In this document: positions 40,705-52,035 of the stretch, in pieces
Numbering within the stretch: position 1 is the first letter of the stretch
Layout of the letters: each line of letters opens with the position of its first letter
Assembly: GCA_963729625.1 (NCBI GenBank)
Contig: CAVSOU010000007.1
Location: forward strand, 416,001-480,000
DNA from: an uncultured bacterium
Lineage (GTDB): Bacteria; Chloroflexota; UBA5177; JANWHV01
Direction of reading: 5' to 3'
DNA: 64,000 nt
The notes under the pieces: model-generated
The model's database searches: none
What the model was told of the DNA's origin: nothing
The model's input: the letters and a program-made list of their open reading frames with translations, nothing else
Made by a program: the position numbers and the translations under genes

Positions 40705-42455
40705 GAGCCGGTGCCATTGCCGAAATACGCCTGCACCAGGGCCTGCTCATCGGGCGACAACATGAAAGTCTGTTCCGGCACGTACCCCTCCACAGTACCT
40801 GATCCGCCGCCACTGGGTCCTTGCAGTGCCTCGCCCGGCTCGGCGCCATAAGGCATGACGCGCACGAGGTCCGGACCTTGACCTCCTCCGCTGCCGATAG
40901 TCGCCTTTCCTTGCACTTCTATCGTGGTCGTGTGAGTGGGTCCCGACGACTTGCCGCCGCCTGTCTGCGGACTGTTGGGTGAAGATGGAAGCGATGAGCC
41001 CGACCGATTGTACGGCCGGCCGTCAGGCGAGTTATCGGCGCTGTTGCCGCCGCCAGTCCCTTGCTGCGCCCCGGCTGAGCCACGCTGTCCTGGAGACGTC
41101 CCGGAACCTCCGGGCTTAACGGTCTTCGTGCTGTTGCCGGGAGGAGTTTGGCCGGACTTGTTCTTCGGCGCAGAGGGATCGACGCCAAACGGGTTGGCTT
41201 GGGAGCTGCCGCGTTGTTGGCCGGATGCCTGCGAAGATTGCCGTCCGGAATGGCTCTGCGTCTGATTCTGACCCTGAGAAATTTGCGATCCTGCGGGCGA
41301 GCGGGGTGGCGCCTGGCTGGGTGATCCCTGAGCACCGTTGTCTAGCTGTTGCTGAACGCCCTGCTGCGGCTGATTGCTGTTGGCATTGGGGCCATGCTGG
41401 CCCTGGCCGGTGCCGCTATTGCCGCCCTTCTGGGACGAGCCCTGTGGACTTGCAGGGCTCGACTGGCTCGATCCAGCCGGCCGTTGAGATTTGCCGGAGT
41501 TGCCGGACGCGGGCGGCTGCCTGGCGGCCTTTGTGCTCTTCGACGACGCGGCTCCATTCAAATGCGCCACTTGCAACGCAGCGCCGGTAGTGTCTTGCGT
41601 CGCGGCATTGCCCGAGCTGGGACCTAGCCGAATCTGCAGCGACGACGACAGCAAGGGCTGGCTCGTGGCGACCGCGTGAATTCCCGTGCGCGCGCCCCCG
41701 TGCGGCAGCGCCGGCGCAACCTTCAAGGGTGCACGCACCGCGAGCCGCTGGCCGGACGTGGCTCGAGCCACGGGACCGGGCGACCTTATAGAAGTGTTTT
41801 GACTCGGGACGGCAGAAGATGCTGATTCGACGCCCGACGTTGTTTGCCCGGGAATCACAACGCTGAGCACGCCGACAAGCGCGACCGCGACTGCGAGGGC
41901 CCAAGGACCCTGTTGTCGCACGTCCATCGGTCGAGCCGGCAGCCTGCCGGCCAGATCCATGGCCCTGGCCACCTGGCGCCCAGCGAGAGAATGCTCGTTC
42001 GCGTTCGGGTCCTGCTCCAGGGCGGTGCCGAGCTGCTCGTGCAGCTCAAAACGGTGGTCGAGCCAGTACGCCGTCTCCTGGATACTGGGCTTGTTTGCGA
42101 TGCACAGCCAGATTCCGGCAAACAGGAAGAAGAGCGCGGGCGCCCAAACGGCAAGATCTGGCGCGGACGGCAGCAGGCGCGCCAGGAGAAAATGCGCTAC
42201 CACGACATACGATGAGGCAGCGAGCACGCCTCGAGCCAGCAGAACGAGCGAGCGTTGCCGCCACAGCCAGCGGCGATGTGGGTGAAGCGCGTCGGCCAGC
42301 GATCCGTGCATGGCGCGACTGGCGGCGGATGGCCGCAATCGCGGGATGCTGAGCAGGAGCTCCTGGAAATCCGAGTGATCGAGCGCGCCGGCAAGAACAT
42401 GCCGCAGTCGAACGCCGAGCGTGTCTGCAAGTCGTCGCCAAGCCAAAGCACTCAC
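40701..42455 (-). CDS. Membrane protein with long Q/G/S/P low-complexity region (MoxR-associated)
   Basis: 3 TM segments, LDHRFELHEQLGTALE, disordered region of about 250 aa, C-terminal LVQAYF. Confidence 0.75.
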   Translation of the reverse strand: MSALAWRRLADTLGVRLRHVLAGALDHSDFQELLLSIPRLRPSAASRAMHGSLADALHPHRRWLWRQRSLVLLARGVLAASSYVVVAHFLLARLLPSAPDLAVWAPALFFLFAGIWLCIANKPSIQETAYWLDHRFELHEQLGTALEQDPNANEHSLAGRQVARAMDLAGRLPARPMDVRQQGPWALAVAVALVGVLSVVIPGQTTSGVESASSAVPSQNTSIRSPGPVARATSGQRLAVRAPLKVAPALPHGGARTGIHAVATSQPLLSSSLQIRLGPSSGNAATQDTTGAALQVAHLNGAASSKSTKAARQPPASGNSGKSQRPAGSSQSSPASPQGSSQKGGNSGTGQGQHGPNANSNQPQQGVQQQLDNGAQGSPSQAPPRSPAGSQISQGQNQTQSHSGRQSSQASGQQRGSSQANPFGVDPSAPKNKSGQTPPGNSTKTVKPGGSGTSPGQRGSAGAQQGTGGGNSADNSPDGRPYNRSGSSLPSSPNSPQTGGGKSSGPTHTTTIEVQGKATIGSGGGQGPDLVRVMPYGAEPGEALQGPSGGGSGTVEGYVPEQTFMLSPDEQALVQAYFGNGTGS

Positions 42456-42646
42456 CGCCTACCCAGCCGATATGCTTCATTCCTGCGGTACGGCACAACG
42501 TACCCCGTGCTCGAGCATGGAGCAATCTCCACCGCAAGAATGCCGACTCTCCCTTACGAGTCCAATATAGGTCGATTCCGGACACCTGCGCAGCTTCGCT
42601 GCGCGCAAACGGCATCGCGAGTGCAATCGGATATACACTACTCGAA

Positions 42647-42674
42647 ACACCACCATACCATGGTATGGTGGTGT
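42647..42674. repeat. Perfect 28-bp palindrome
   Basis: ACACCACCATACCA|TGGTATGGTGGTGT. Confidence 0.9.
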
Positions 42675-42749
42675 CTACTGCCTGTCAATGGGTCCGACTG
42701 GTCTGATATCATCGGGTAGAGAAACGCGCGTTGATGTGAGGATACGACT

Positions 42750-43316
42750 TTGGTGCTAGGGCTCGCCGAACGCATGCCGGAGGGTGTGGCGTTGATCGAG
42801 GAGTTCGTCAATACCGCATGTTTTGCCTATGACAGGGAAGAGTTGAGCAGCCCACTGCAAACTCAGGCATGGTTGGTTCGGAGGGGCCTGTTGGCCTTTG
42901 GAACGACGGTCTCGGCCGACGACCACGCGTGGGTCCTGACCGTTCGAGAGGCGCTTCGCGCTCACCTGCTGAGCCATAACGGCTGCCCGGCGCCCGACGA
43001 GGCGACGCGAGCGATCGATCGCGCGCTGGCGGCATCCGGCCTGGTCGTGCGGCTCGCCGCGCCGGACGAGTTGCAGGTGACACCGGTTGCCGGCGGCGTG
43101 GCGGGCGCGCTTGGACAGATCCTGGCTGTTATGGTCAGCGCAATTGTCGCGGGCGGTTGGTTGCAGCTCAAGGCCTGCCGAGACGAAACGTGCCAGTGGG
43201 CCTACTTCGATCGCTCGCGCAATCAATCCCGGGTGTGGTGCACGATGGCCGAGTGCGGGAACCGCAGCAAGACCAGGAGTTATCGGCGCCGACTGAGCGT
43301 CGCCCGGCAGACCTGA
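42750..43316 (+). CDS. ABATE/CGNR zinc-finger putative regulator
   Basis: EFVNT, LKAC...C.W..FDRSRN..R.WC.M..CGNR.K. Confidence 0.92.
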   Translation: MVLGLAERMPEGVALIEEFVNTACFAYDREELSSPLQTQAWLVRRGLLAFGTTVSADDHAWVLTVREALRAHLLSHNGCPAPDEATRAIDRALAASGLVVRLAAPDELQVTPVAGGVAGALGQILAVMVSAIVAGGWLQLKACRDETCQWAYFDRSRNQSRVWCTMAECGNRSKTRSYRRRLSVARQT

Positions 43317-43374
43317 ACTTCTTGCACAGGGTCCGATCGCCCCGCGTGGCTTGCCTGTTGCACGACGCGTCAGG

Positions 43375-43860
43375 CTACGCGCCGAGCGAGCGCACCACCT
43401 CCAACACTTCGTCGGCGTGCTGATCGACTTTCACTCGCGGGAAGATCTTCCGGATAACGCCCTGCCGATCTATGACGAAGGTCGTGCGGAGGATCCCCAT
43501 GGACGTCTTGCCGTAATTCGTCTTTTCGCCCCACGCCCCGTACGCCTTTGCCACTGTCGCGTCTGCGTCCGCCAGCAGAGGAAAGTTCAGCGAAAACTTG
43601 CCGGCAAACCTGGCATGGGAATCGACCGGATCGGGACTGACGCCCAGTACCACGGCCCCCGCGTCCGCGAATTGGCTGCCCAGATCGCGGAAGGCGCAGG
43701 CCTCCTTGGTGCAGCCCGGCGTGTCGTCCTTGGGGTAGAAGTACAACACCACCACTTGCTTGCCCTTGTAGTCGTCGAGAGAGATGGACTGGTCGTCCGC
43801 AGTGGGCAGCGTGAACTTCGGTGCGGCCTGGCCAGCGGCCGGAGTAGTTGCTGAGGCCAT
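43375..43860 (-). CDS. bcp: Peroxiredoxin BCP
   Basis: YFYPKDDTPGCTKEAC, GVSPD, RTTFVID. Confidence 0.95.
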   Translation of the reverse strand: MASATTPAAGQAAPKFTLPTADDQSISLDDYKGKQVVVLYFYPKDDTPGCTKEACAFRDLGSQFADAGAVVLGVSPDPVDSHARFAGKFSLNFPLLADADATVAKAYGAWGEKTNYGKTSMGILRTTFVIDRQGVIRKIFPRVKVDQHADEVLEVVRSLGA

Positions 43861-44437
43861 CGACAACCCCTTTCCGAGAACGTGATAGCGGCGACGATGA
43901 TTTCGCGCCCCTTATTGGCATCGCGCGTCATGCGAATCGAGCCGGACAAGCCGGGCGCGGAAAAGCCCACCTGTCCCATCCTCTCCCCGCACATATGGTC
44001 ACATGTTGCCGGATGCACGATTCACGGCTGTTGATTCCCATTCCACACTCCTCGCGCCACCCTGATCGTCGCGGTCCACTCCATGCGAGCCATACTGGTA
44101 GCGTACCGCTGCCGCGGTTTGCGGGTTGACTGGCCGCGAAACTCGAGACTTCGCATCCGGAGGGCCGAGATGAGCAGCTGGTGAAGCATCATGGAAGCCG
44201 GCAACCAGAGGAGCGCGAGGGACCGATCGGTCGCCGCGGCCGGCAGGAGGCGCCGGAATGCGTTACGGCGCGGCGCCTGGCGCTGGGCGCCGCATCTCAT
44301 GGATCGGAGCCCGGCAATCCGGCGGGGACCCATGCGGGCATGCGGGCTGGCGTGCGATTCGGGCGACTCACGTATACTGACGCTGCGGATCGTTGGTTGA
44401 GGAGATGTTTGACTGTCTCCGGCTGAGAGGGATTGTG

Positions 44438-47400
44438 ATGGCCGCGGAAGGATACTTTCGATTCCCGCATATCTGGCGGGATAGCATCGTCTTCGTCAGC
44501 GAGGACGATTTGTGGCGAGTTTCGGCCAATGGAGGCATCGCTGAACGGCTAACTGCCAATGTCGGGGAGGCCACGTTACCTCGGTTCTCGCCCGACGGCG
44601 CCCACATCGCCTTCGTGGGCCGAGAGGAAGGTCCGGCCGAAGTCCATGTCATGCCGGCCGAGGGCGGACCGAGCCGCCGCCTGACCTTCCAGGGCGCCAC
44701 TCCGATAGTCGTGGGCTGGACGGCCGACAGCGCCGAGATAGTGTACGCCAGCGAGGCGGAGCGGCCATTCCGGCGGGATCGCGTGCTCTTCGCCGTCGCC
44801 CTCGCCGGGAGCCAGCCTCGGCAATTGCCGTACGGCCCGGCGCTGGCCATCGCCCACGGCGCTCGCGGCGGCACGGTACTCGGACGAAACACGGCAGATC
44901 CGGCGCGATGGAAGCGATATCGCGGCGGTACTGCCGGCACGCTGTGGATCGATCCCGAGGACACCGGCACTTTCCACCCTCTTCTGCACCTCGACGGCAA
45001 TCTCGCCGGCCCATGCTGGGTCGGCGATCGCATCTTCTTCCTCTCCGATCATGAAGGGATGGGAAACGTCTACTCCTGTCTGCCCTCCGGTAAGGACGTT
45101 CGCAGGCACACGGACCACGACGACTTCTATGCGCGCAATCTCAGCTCCGACGGCCGCCGCCTGGTGTATCACTGCGGAGCAGAGCTTTACATCCTGAGTG
45201 CCGATGGGGATACCGCTCGACGAGTGCCGATTACGTATGCTGGCTCGCGCACGCAGCGAAGCCGCAAGTTTGTCTCCGCCGCGCGGTATCTCGATAGCTG
45301 GTCGCTCCATCCCGAAGGGCATAGCGTGGCGCTCACGACGCGAGGAAAGGCCTACAGCATGCCGAACTGGGAAGGAGCGGTCTCCCAGCACGGTGAGCCC
45401 GACGGCACTCGGTACCGATTGCTGACCTGGCTACACGATGGGAAACGCCTCGTGGGGTTGCGCGACAATGGCGACCACGAGATGATCGAAGTCCTCGCAT
45501 CCGATGGCAACGCCGCGCCCCATGCATTTCCGGGTCTCGATATTGGCCGCGCAATCTCGCTCCAGGCCTCGCCCACGGCCGAACATGTCGCGCTGAGCAA
45601 TCATCGCAATGAACTGGTGCTCGTCAATCTGGCAGATGCTGGAGTCCGCGTGTTGGATCGCAGCATGTATGAGCGCATCCATGGCATGGACTGGTCGCCC
45701 GACGGCAAGTGGATAGCCTACAGCCTCTTCCAGACTGCTCAGACAGCCTGCATCAAGCTTTGCAACATTGAGAGCGGCGAAAGCTGGCCTGTCACCAGGC
45801 CCGTCCGTTTCGACCTGCGGCCCTCTTTCGACCCAGAGGGACGATACTTGTATTTTCTCGGGTACCGCACCTACGATCCGGTCCGCGATAGCCTGCAGTT
45901 CGAAATGAGCTTCCCATCCGGCGCGCGCCCCTATGCTGTCACGCTTCGGAAGGACCTGCGCTCACCATTTGCACGTGACGCGCAGCCGCTGTGGAGCAAG
46001 GACGAAGCGAGCATTGAACGGGCGAAGCAGGACCTCGAGCAGTCCGAGCAGCCGGCTGCGCTCGCGATCGACCTGGACGGAATCGATAATCGCATCGTGC
46101 CGTTTCCAGTCCCCGAAGGCCGATACGGACGCGTGCAGGGCACGAAGCGAACGGCCATCTTCTCATCGTTTCCCATCGAAGGTACACGGAACAGGGAACG
46201 CATGCAGGCCGAGCCGGACGCGAAGGGATCGTTGGAGAAATACGATCTTGACGAGCAGCGCCAGGAGACACTGGTGTCCGGGATCACCGATTTCGCGATC
46301 GGCCCCGACCACAAGACGCTCATCTATCGGGCTGGAAACCGCCTGCGCGTGCTTCGCGCCGGCGAACGTCCGACGGAGCCTGAGAAGAACGAACGCGATA
46401 GGCCGGGCCGCAGGACTGGCTGGCTCGATCTCGATCGTGTCCGTGTGTCGGTCGTGCCCGCGATGGAATGGCGGCAGATGTATCGAGAGGCGTGGCGGCT
46501 GCAGCGAGAGCAGTTCTGGAATGCAGACATGTCGCAGGTGGCTTGGAACGCGGTATACGATCGGTACCTTCCGCTGCTCGATCGCGTGAACAGTCGTGGC
46601 GAAGTCTCGGACCTGCTCTGGGAGATGCAAGGCGAGCTTGGCACATCGCATGCCTATGAGATGGGGGGAGAGTATCGCAAAGGACCTCAATACGAGCAGG
46701 GGTACTTGGGAGCGGAGTGGGTGTTCGACCGTGAGGCCAGGGCATTTCGCATCACACGCCTGATTGCCGGAGACATCGGCGATCCCAGCGCGTCCTCGCC
46801 GCTGCTTGCCCCTGGGGTGAACGTCAACGTCGGCGACCGGATCCTGGCAATCAACGGCCAGCCGGTCGGCATCGCATGCAGCCCACAGCAACTGCTGGTA
46901 AACCAGGCGGACGCCGAGGTAGTGCTTTCTGTCGCCTCGGGCGAGAGCGCTGAGCCGCGCTTGGTCACCGTCAAGGCACTGCATGACGAGAAGCCCGCGC
47001 GCTATCGCGAATGGGTTGACGCGAACCAGCGGTTGGTCCATGACGCCTCTGGTGGACGCGTCGGTTACGTGCACATTCCGGACATGGGACCGAACGGGTA
47101 CGCGGAATTTCACCGAACGTACCTGCAGGAATACGACCGGGAGGGGCTGATCGTCGACGTGCGTAACAACGGCGGCGGCAACGTATCAGCACTCATCCTA
47201 GAGAAGCTTGGTCGCCGGCGTGCCGGATACGATTTCTCGCGCTGGGGTGCGCCTGAGCCCTATCCGGGGGAGTCGCCACGGGGACCGCTTGTCGCGCTTA
47301 CCGACGAACTGGCCGGCTCGGATGGCGACATCTTCTGCCACACGTTCAAGCTGCTCGGGCTCGGGCCGCTCATCGGCAAGCGGACGTGGGGAGGTGTTAT

Positions 47401-47704
47401 TGGCATCTACCCGCGCCACGCGCTGGTCGACGGCACGATCACCACGCAGCCCGAGTTCTCGTTCTGGTTCCTCGACGTCGGCTGGCAGGTCGAGAATTAC
47501 GGCACCGACCCGGATATTGAAGTAGACAACACGCCGCAAGATTGCGCGGCAGGGCGCGACGCGCAATTGGAGCGGGCCATACGCGAGGCGCTGGCGAGAC
47601 TGGAGCAGAAGCCGAGCATGGTGCCCAACCCGCCCCAGCGACCGAGTCGCGCTCGACCGCCGTTGCCGGCTCGTCCAAATGCGGACGGCACGAAAAGACC
47701 GTGA
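44438..47704 (+). CDS. Tricorn protease (S41)
   Basis: WKRYRGG, propeller repeats, [26 protein letters not shown]. Confidence 0.95.
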   Translation: MAAEGYFRFPHIWRDSIVFVSEDDLWRVSANGGIAERLTANVGEATLPRFSPDGAHIAFVGREEGPAEVHVMPAEGGPSRRLTFQGATPIVVGWTADSAEIVYASEAERPFRRDRVLFAVALAGSQPRQLPYGPALAIAHGARGGTVLGRNTADPARWKRYRGGTAGTLWIDPEDTGTFHPLLHLDGNLAGPCWVGDRIFFLSDHEGMGNVYSCLPSGKDVRRHTDHDDFYARNLSSDGRRLVYHCGAELYILSADGDTARRVPITYAGSRTQRSRKFVSAARYLDSWSLHPEGHSVALTTRGKAYSMPNWEGAVSQHGEPDGTRYRLLTWLHDGKRLVGLRDNGDHEMIEVLASDGNAAPHAFPGLDIGRAISLQASPTAEHVALSNHRNELVLVNLADAGVRVLDRSMYERIHGMDWSPDGKWIAYSLFQTAQTACIKLCNIESGESWPVTRPVRFDLRPSFDPEGRYLYFLGYRTYDPVRDSLQFEMSFPSGARPYAVTLRKDLRSPFARDAQPLWSKDEASIERAKQDLEQSEQPAALAIDLDGIDNRIVPFPVPEGRYGRVQGTKRTAIFSSFPIEGTRNRERMQAEPDAKGSLEKYDLDEQRQETLVSGITDFAIGPDHKTLIYRAGNRLRVLRAGERPTEPEKNERDRPGRRTGWLDLDRVRVSVVPAMEWRQMYREAWRLQREQFWNADMSQVAWNAVYDRYLPLLDRVNSRGEVSDLLWEMQGELGTSHAYEMGGEYRKGPQYEQGYLGAEWVFDREARAFRITRLIAGDIGDPSASSPLLAPGVNVNVGDRILAINGQPVGIACSPQQLLVNQADAEVVLSVASGESAEPRLVTVKALHDEKPARYREWVDANQRLVHDASGGRVGYVHIPDMGPNGYAEFHRTYLQEYDREGLIVDVRNNGGGNVSALILEKLGRRRAGYDFSRWGAPEPYPGESPRGPLVALTDELAGSDGDIFCHTFKLLGLGPLIGKRTWGGVIGIYPRHALVDGTITTQPEFSFWFLDVGWQVENYGTDPDIEVDNTPQDCAAGRDAQLERAIREALARLEQKPSMVPNPPQRPSRARPPLPARPNADGTKRP

Positions 47705-47736
47705 CGGCTGAGCGGCGCATCTCTTGAACGGCTGAC

Positions 47737-48657
47737 TCAGTCCAATCGCACGCGAGGGTCGAGAACCGCGTAGAGAATATCGACCACAAGGTTGGCCACG
47801 ACCACCGCGACCGCGCCGAATAGCACGGCGCCCATGATCAAGTTGGGATCGTCGTTACCGATGGCAATGGCCGCTACCTGGCCGATGCCCGGCCACGCGA
47901 ACACGTTCTCCACTACAATCACGCCACCCAGGAAGAAGGCCATGTCCAGTCCAATCTGGGTGAGGATTGGCGTCAGGGCGTTGCGTAGCGCATGCTTGCG
48001 TACCACCATCGGCCAGGGCAGTCCCTTGGCGCGCGCCGTGCGTATGTAGTCGCTGCTGAGCACGTCCAGCATGCTGGAACGGATCAGCCGCGTGTACCAC
48101 GCCGCACCCGACAGGCCCAGCGTGACCGCCGGCAGCACGAGCGCCATGGCGCTGTCGGCACCCCCAGCCGGGAGGAGCGTCCAATGCACGGCGAATATCG
48201 AGAGGAGCACCGGACCGAGCCAGAACGTCGGCGTGGACAGCCCGCAGAGCGCGAACAGGACGGCCATTCTGTCCGCGATCGAGCCATGGCGCAGGGCGGA
48301 CAGCACGCCGATCGGAATGCCTACCAGGAGTTCCACGAGCAAACCGGCAACAGCCAGCTCGAGTGTGTAGGGGGCGCGGTCGAGTAGCACCGAGGTGACA
48401 CCGGAACCCAGCGAGAGCGACGGCCCGAGATCGCCGCGAAGCAGGTTGCCGACATAGTGCACGAATTGCAAAGGCAGCGGTTGGTCAAAGCCATACTGGT
48501 GGCGGATGCCGGCCAGTGCCTGAGGCGTCGCGTGCAGTCCCCCGATAATGCGCGCCGGATCGGCGGGAACGAGGTAGCGAAGGACGAAGGTAATCGCGAC
48601 CACCCCGAACAACACGCCCACGCCCCAGATCAGGCGCCGGACCACATACACGATCAC
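47737..48657 (-). CDS. Peptide ABC transporter permease (DppB-like)
   Basis: GDLGPS, TARAKGL, HALRN, ENVFAWPGIG, LDPRV. Confidence 0.93.
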   Translation of the reverse strand: MIVYVVRRLIWGVGVLFGVVAITFVLRYLVPADPARIIGGLHATPQALAGIRHQYGFDQPLPLQFVHYVGNLLRGDLGPSLSLGSGVTSVLLDRAPYTLELAVAGLLVELLVGIPIGVLSALRHGSIADRMAVLFALCGLSTPTFWLGPVLLSIFAVHWTLLPAGGADSAMALVLPAVTLGLSGAAWYTRLIRSSMLDVLSSDYIRTARAKGLPWPMVVRKHALRNALTPILTQIGLDMAFFLGGVIVVENVFAWPGIGQVAAIAIGNDDPNLIMGAVLFGAVAVVVANLVVDILYAVLDPRVRLD

Positions 48658-49589
48658 GGGATGCGCATTGTTGGGTCGAGGGCGTCGCGCAGCCCATCCC
48701 CTAGCAGATTGAAAGACAGCACGGTCAAGAACACGGCCGCCCCGGGGAACAACAGCAGCCAGGGATAGGCGAAACCGCTGCCCTGGCTGGCGCCTTCGGC
48801 GACCATCTTGCCCCAACTCGCGTCGGGAGGCTGAACGCCTATGCCCAGGTAGCTCAGGCTGGCCTCGAACAGCACTGCGGTGGCCACGCCCAGCGAACTG
48901 TAGACGATGATCGGCGACACAAGGTGCGGGAGAATGTGCCGAACGATGATGCCGGCGCCGCTCGCTCCGCTCGCTCGAGCAGCTTCGACGAACTCGCGCT
49001 CGCGCAGCGAGACAACCTGACCATGGATGATACGAGCCATGCTCGTCCAGCTCACCAGGCCGATTACCATAATGATCACCGGGATGCCCGGCGACAGAAT
49101 GGACACTAGCGCCACGCCCAGCAAGAGGACGGGAAAGGCCAGCATCACGTCCGTAAACCGCATGACCACCGTGCCGACAAAGCCGCGGTAGAACCCTGCC
49201 ACGGCGCCCAGGGTCACGCCGATGCCGACGGCCACGGCGTTGGCGACGATGCCCACGAGCAGCGAGACGCGAGCGCCCCAGATCAGCCGGCTGAGCAGGT
49301 CGCGGCCGTTGGCATCAGTGCCCAACAGGTATCCATTGGTGCCGGGTGAGAGCGGCGCTCCATCCAGGCTGATTCCATTGTAGAAACGCTGGTTGGGATC
49401 GTGTGGTGAAAGGTGCGGGGCGGCGACCGCCATAGCCACCAGAGCAAGTATGATGGCCGCGCCCGCCAGCGCCAGCCGGTCCTTGCGCAGTTGCCGCCAG
49501 AACAGCCACCAGAATCCGCGCGCGGGCGGCAGATCCCCTGACTCACCTGAGCCCACGCCGTCGTCGTCGCCGATATCGTACGTATGCAT
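48654..49589 (-). CDS. Peptide ABC transporter permease (DppC-like)
   Basis: LGTDANGRD, EFVEAARASG, EASLSYLG, GDGLRDALDP. Confidence 0.93.
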   Translation of the reverse strand: MHTYDIGDDDGVGSGESGDLPPARGFWWLFWRQLRKDRLALAGAAIILALVAMAVAAPHLSPHDPNQRFYNGISLDGAPLSPGTNGYLLGTDANGRDLLSRLIWGARVSLLVGIVANAVAVGIGVTLGAVAGFYRGFVGTVVMRFTDVMLAFPVLLLGVALVSILSPGIPVIIMVIGLVSWTSMARIIHGQVVSLREREFVEAARASGASGAGIIVRHILPHLVSPIIVYSSLGVATAVLFEASLSYLGIGVQPPDASWGKMVAEGASQGSGFAYPWLLLFPGAAVFLTVLSFNLLGDGLRDALDPTMRIP

Positions 49590-49788
49590 GTATGGGTCTT
49601 CAGCTAGTGCATGAAGTCTTTCCGGGTCACGTGATCACGGCCTGTTTGACCAGAAACCGAGTCATCTCAACGCACAGAGCGGCTGTGCCGGGACGACGCC
49701 GGAAGGAGCGCGCCCCGCCTCAAGCACCGACTCGAGTCGGACCTCGCTTACCAGAACATGGCCCCGTGGATTCACGCCTCCCGCAGGC

Positions 49789-51444
49789 CTAGCCACCAAC
49801 CGCATAGTCCGCGTAGTTGAACGGCCACACTGGCGGGATGTAAAACCCGAGCAAACGCGAGCCATGGAAATCGTAGAGCACATTGTCGTAGAGCGGGACC
49901 CACGGCGCGTCGGCCATAACCAGCGACTCCATCTGGCGGTAGACCGTGAAACGCTTCGATGAATCCATCATCCCGCGCGCCCTATTCGCTAGAGTGTCGA
50001 CGCTGTGGTTGCAGTAGAATGCCGCGTTGCTGCCGCCGTTGCAGCTGAGAATCGGATCGAAGAAATCAGACGGATCGGGATAGTCCTGGCCCCATGGCGC
50101 AAGCACGAAGGGCCCTTCCTTCTGGGTATAGGCGATGGTGCTGTACCAGCTATCCGCGGACACGGGCTTCAGCTGAATCTTGATGCCGATCGCACCCAGC
50201 TCGGCCTGGATCTCTTGCGCCACCTTGTCGAAGTCACCGCTCTGCTGATATGTCAACGGGATGGTGAGGTCTCCCGGCTTGTAGCCGGCCTGCTTCAGGA
50301 GCGCGGCGGCCTTGCCGGGGTCGTAGCTGTAGTAGGTGAAGCTCGCATCGGCGCCCGGCATTGTCGGCGGCAGAATGCCGTTCATGGCAATGCCGCGGCC
50401 GTTGAGCAGCCGGAGGATGAAGGGCTTGTTGATTGCCATGTTGATCGCTTGGCGAAGCTTGAGATTGTCCTTGAACGGCTTCTGACTCATGTTAAAGGCG
50501 AGATACGTGACCTCGATGTCCGGCTCGGAGGCGAGGCCCTTCGACCATTTGCTGTCGTTCTTCAGGCTCAGGAAGTCGTTTGCGGTCACGAGATTGCCGG
50601 CAAGGTCGAGAGCACCTGCCTCAATACGCTGGATTTGCAGATGGTCGGACACATTGAAATCGATCACGACTTTGTCCACGAGAGGCACGCCCGTGCGAAA
50701 GTAGTTGGGATTGCGCGCCAACACCATTTGGCGGCCATGGGTCCAGCTTTGAAGTACGAATGGGCCCGTTCCCAGCGCGTGATCGCTGAACTTTGCCCCC
50801 CACTTCTCAACCCACTCGCGTGGAACAACCGAGCTGAACGGCAATGTCAGCACGTCGAGAAACGCCTGGTCCGGCTGTGAAAGTCGAAAACTGATCCCGT
50901 ACTTGCCCTTGACCGTGATCCCGGAGATGTGGTCGGACTTCTTGGTCCAAAATGCATCGGTGCCCTGAAGCGCGGACCAGAATGGACTTCCGTTCATGGC
51001 CGCGCTGGGCGTCCGTGGCGAAAGCGCGCGTTCAATTGAATAGCGCACGTCCTCGGCAGTGACTTCGCGATTTACCGGAGCCTGAAAATGCACGCCCTGC
51101 CGCAGCGTGAAGGTATACTGCAGGCCATCTGCCGAAACGACTGGCAAACTGGCGGCAAGCCGCGGCACGAGCTTCGTGCCGGCGCTGCCAGGTGCGGAGG
51201 CGAAGTCCAGCAGCCCTTCGAAAATCGCGTGTTCGCCGGTCCAGGCGAACGGGTCATAACCGACCGCTGGGTCAAGCGTGGAGAAGTCGGCATCAAATGC
51301 CGTGTGCAGCGTGCCGCCTCTTGGAAGACCGGCAGCCGCGGAGTGCGCGGGCGGGTGCACGCTGCCACCCAGCAGCGCCGACGCGACAGTTATCGACAAG
51401 AGAGCTCGCAGGCCGCGCGATCCCGGGATGCCGCGCATCTCCAT
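49789..51444 (-). CDS. Peptide ABC transporter substrate-binding protein (family 5)
   Basis: TLDPA, YTFTLRQGVHF, GTGPF, LRQAINMAI, WGQDYPDP; GGAGG RBS. Confidence 0.93.
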   Translation of the reverse strand: MEMRGIPGSRGLRALLSITVASALLGGSVHPPAHSAAAGLPRGGTLHTAFDADFSTLDPAVGYDPFAWTGEHAIFEGLLDFASAPGSAGTKLVPRLAASLPVVSADGLQYTFTLRQGVHFQAPVNREVTAEDVRYSIERALSPRTPSAAMNGSPFWSALQGTDAFWTKKSDHISGITVKGKYGISFRLSQPDQAFLDVLTLPFSSVVPREWVEKWGAKFSDHALGTGPFVLQSWTHGRQMVLARNPNYFRTGVPLVDKVVIDFNVSDHLQIQRIEAGALDLAGNLVTANDFLSLKNDSKWSKGLASEPDIEVTYLAFNMSQKPFKDNLKLRQAINMAINKPFILRLLNGRGIAMNGILPPTMPGADASFTYYSYDPGKAAALLKQAGYKPGDLTIPLTYQQSGDFDKVAQEIQAELGAIGIKIQLKPVSADSWYSTIAYTQKEGPFVLAPWGQDYPDPSDFFDPILSCNGGSNAAFYCNHSVDTLANRARGMMDSSKRFTVYRQMESLVMADAPWVPLYDNVLYDFHGSRLLGFYIPPVWPFNYADYAVGG

Positions 51445-51756
51445 TTCCCTCCAAGTACCATAAGAAGACAAGAATACTAGCAATGATACAGACGCCACTG
51501 CTCCGGTCTGGAGCGGCGAACACCTCCAACTGCACTCCATGATAAGGGATTGGCGGTCGATTCCGTGTTCTGGCCGGCTCTCAGGCATTGTTGGCCCGCT
51601 TTGCAGGTCCGTTTGCCGCCGGCCTACCGAGCGCGCCAATCCCAGGCGCCCCTGATCACACGCGGCTCGCCGGCAGCATTCCGCCGGGCAGTTCGCGCGG
51701 ACCGAGGCGCGGAGCTCGCCAAGAGTTGGGTAGAATGGTGGTGTAGCTCGAGAAGT

Positions 51757-52035
51757 ATGGTGGAATTGTCACAGGACTCATCTGTCATCGTGTATGGCAC
51801 CGCTTGGTGCGGTGATTGTCATCGGTCGCGGCGGTGCCTCGATCGCCACGGCGTGCAGTACCAGTATGTCGATATTGAAGATCGGGCGGAGCTGCAAGGA
51901 CTGGTCGAGCAGCTAAATGGTGGTATTCGCAGGCTACCGACCATCGTCTTTTCAGATGGATCGGTGCTGGCTGAGCCATCAGATCGCCTATTGGAAGACA
52001 AGATCGCAATCCTGGGATTGACGGCGTACAACTGA
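51757..52035 (+). CDS. Glutaredoxin-like (mycoredoxin/NrdH-type) protein
   Basis: YGTAWCGDC, LPTIVFSDGS. Confidence 0.88.
   Translation: MVELSQDSSVIVYGTAWCGDCHRSRRCLDRHGVQYQYVDIEDRAELQGLVEQLNGGIRRLPTIVFSDGSVLAEPSDRLLEDKIAILGLTAYN

Noticed and set aside
40850-41560. Low-complexity DNA as a possible tandem repeat or array
   Set aside because: Explained by the Q/G/S-rich coding sequence; no fixed repeat unit
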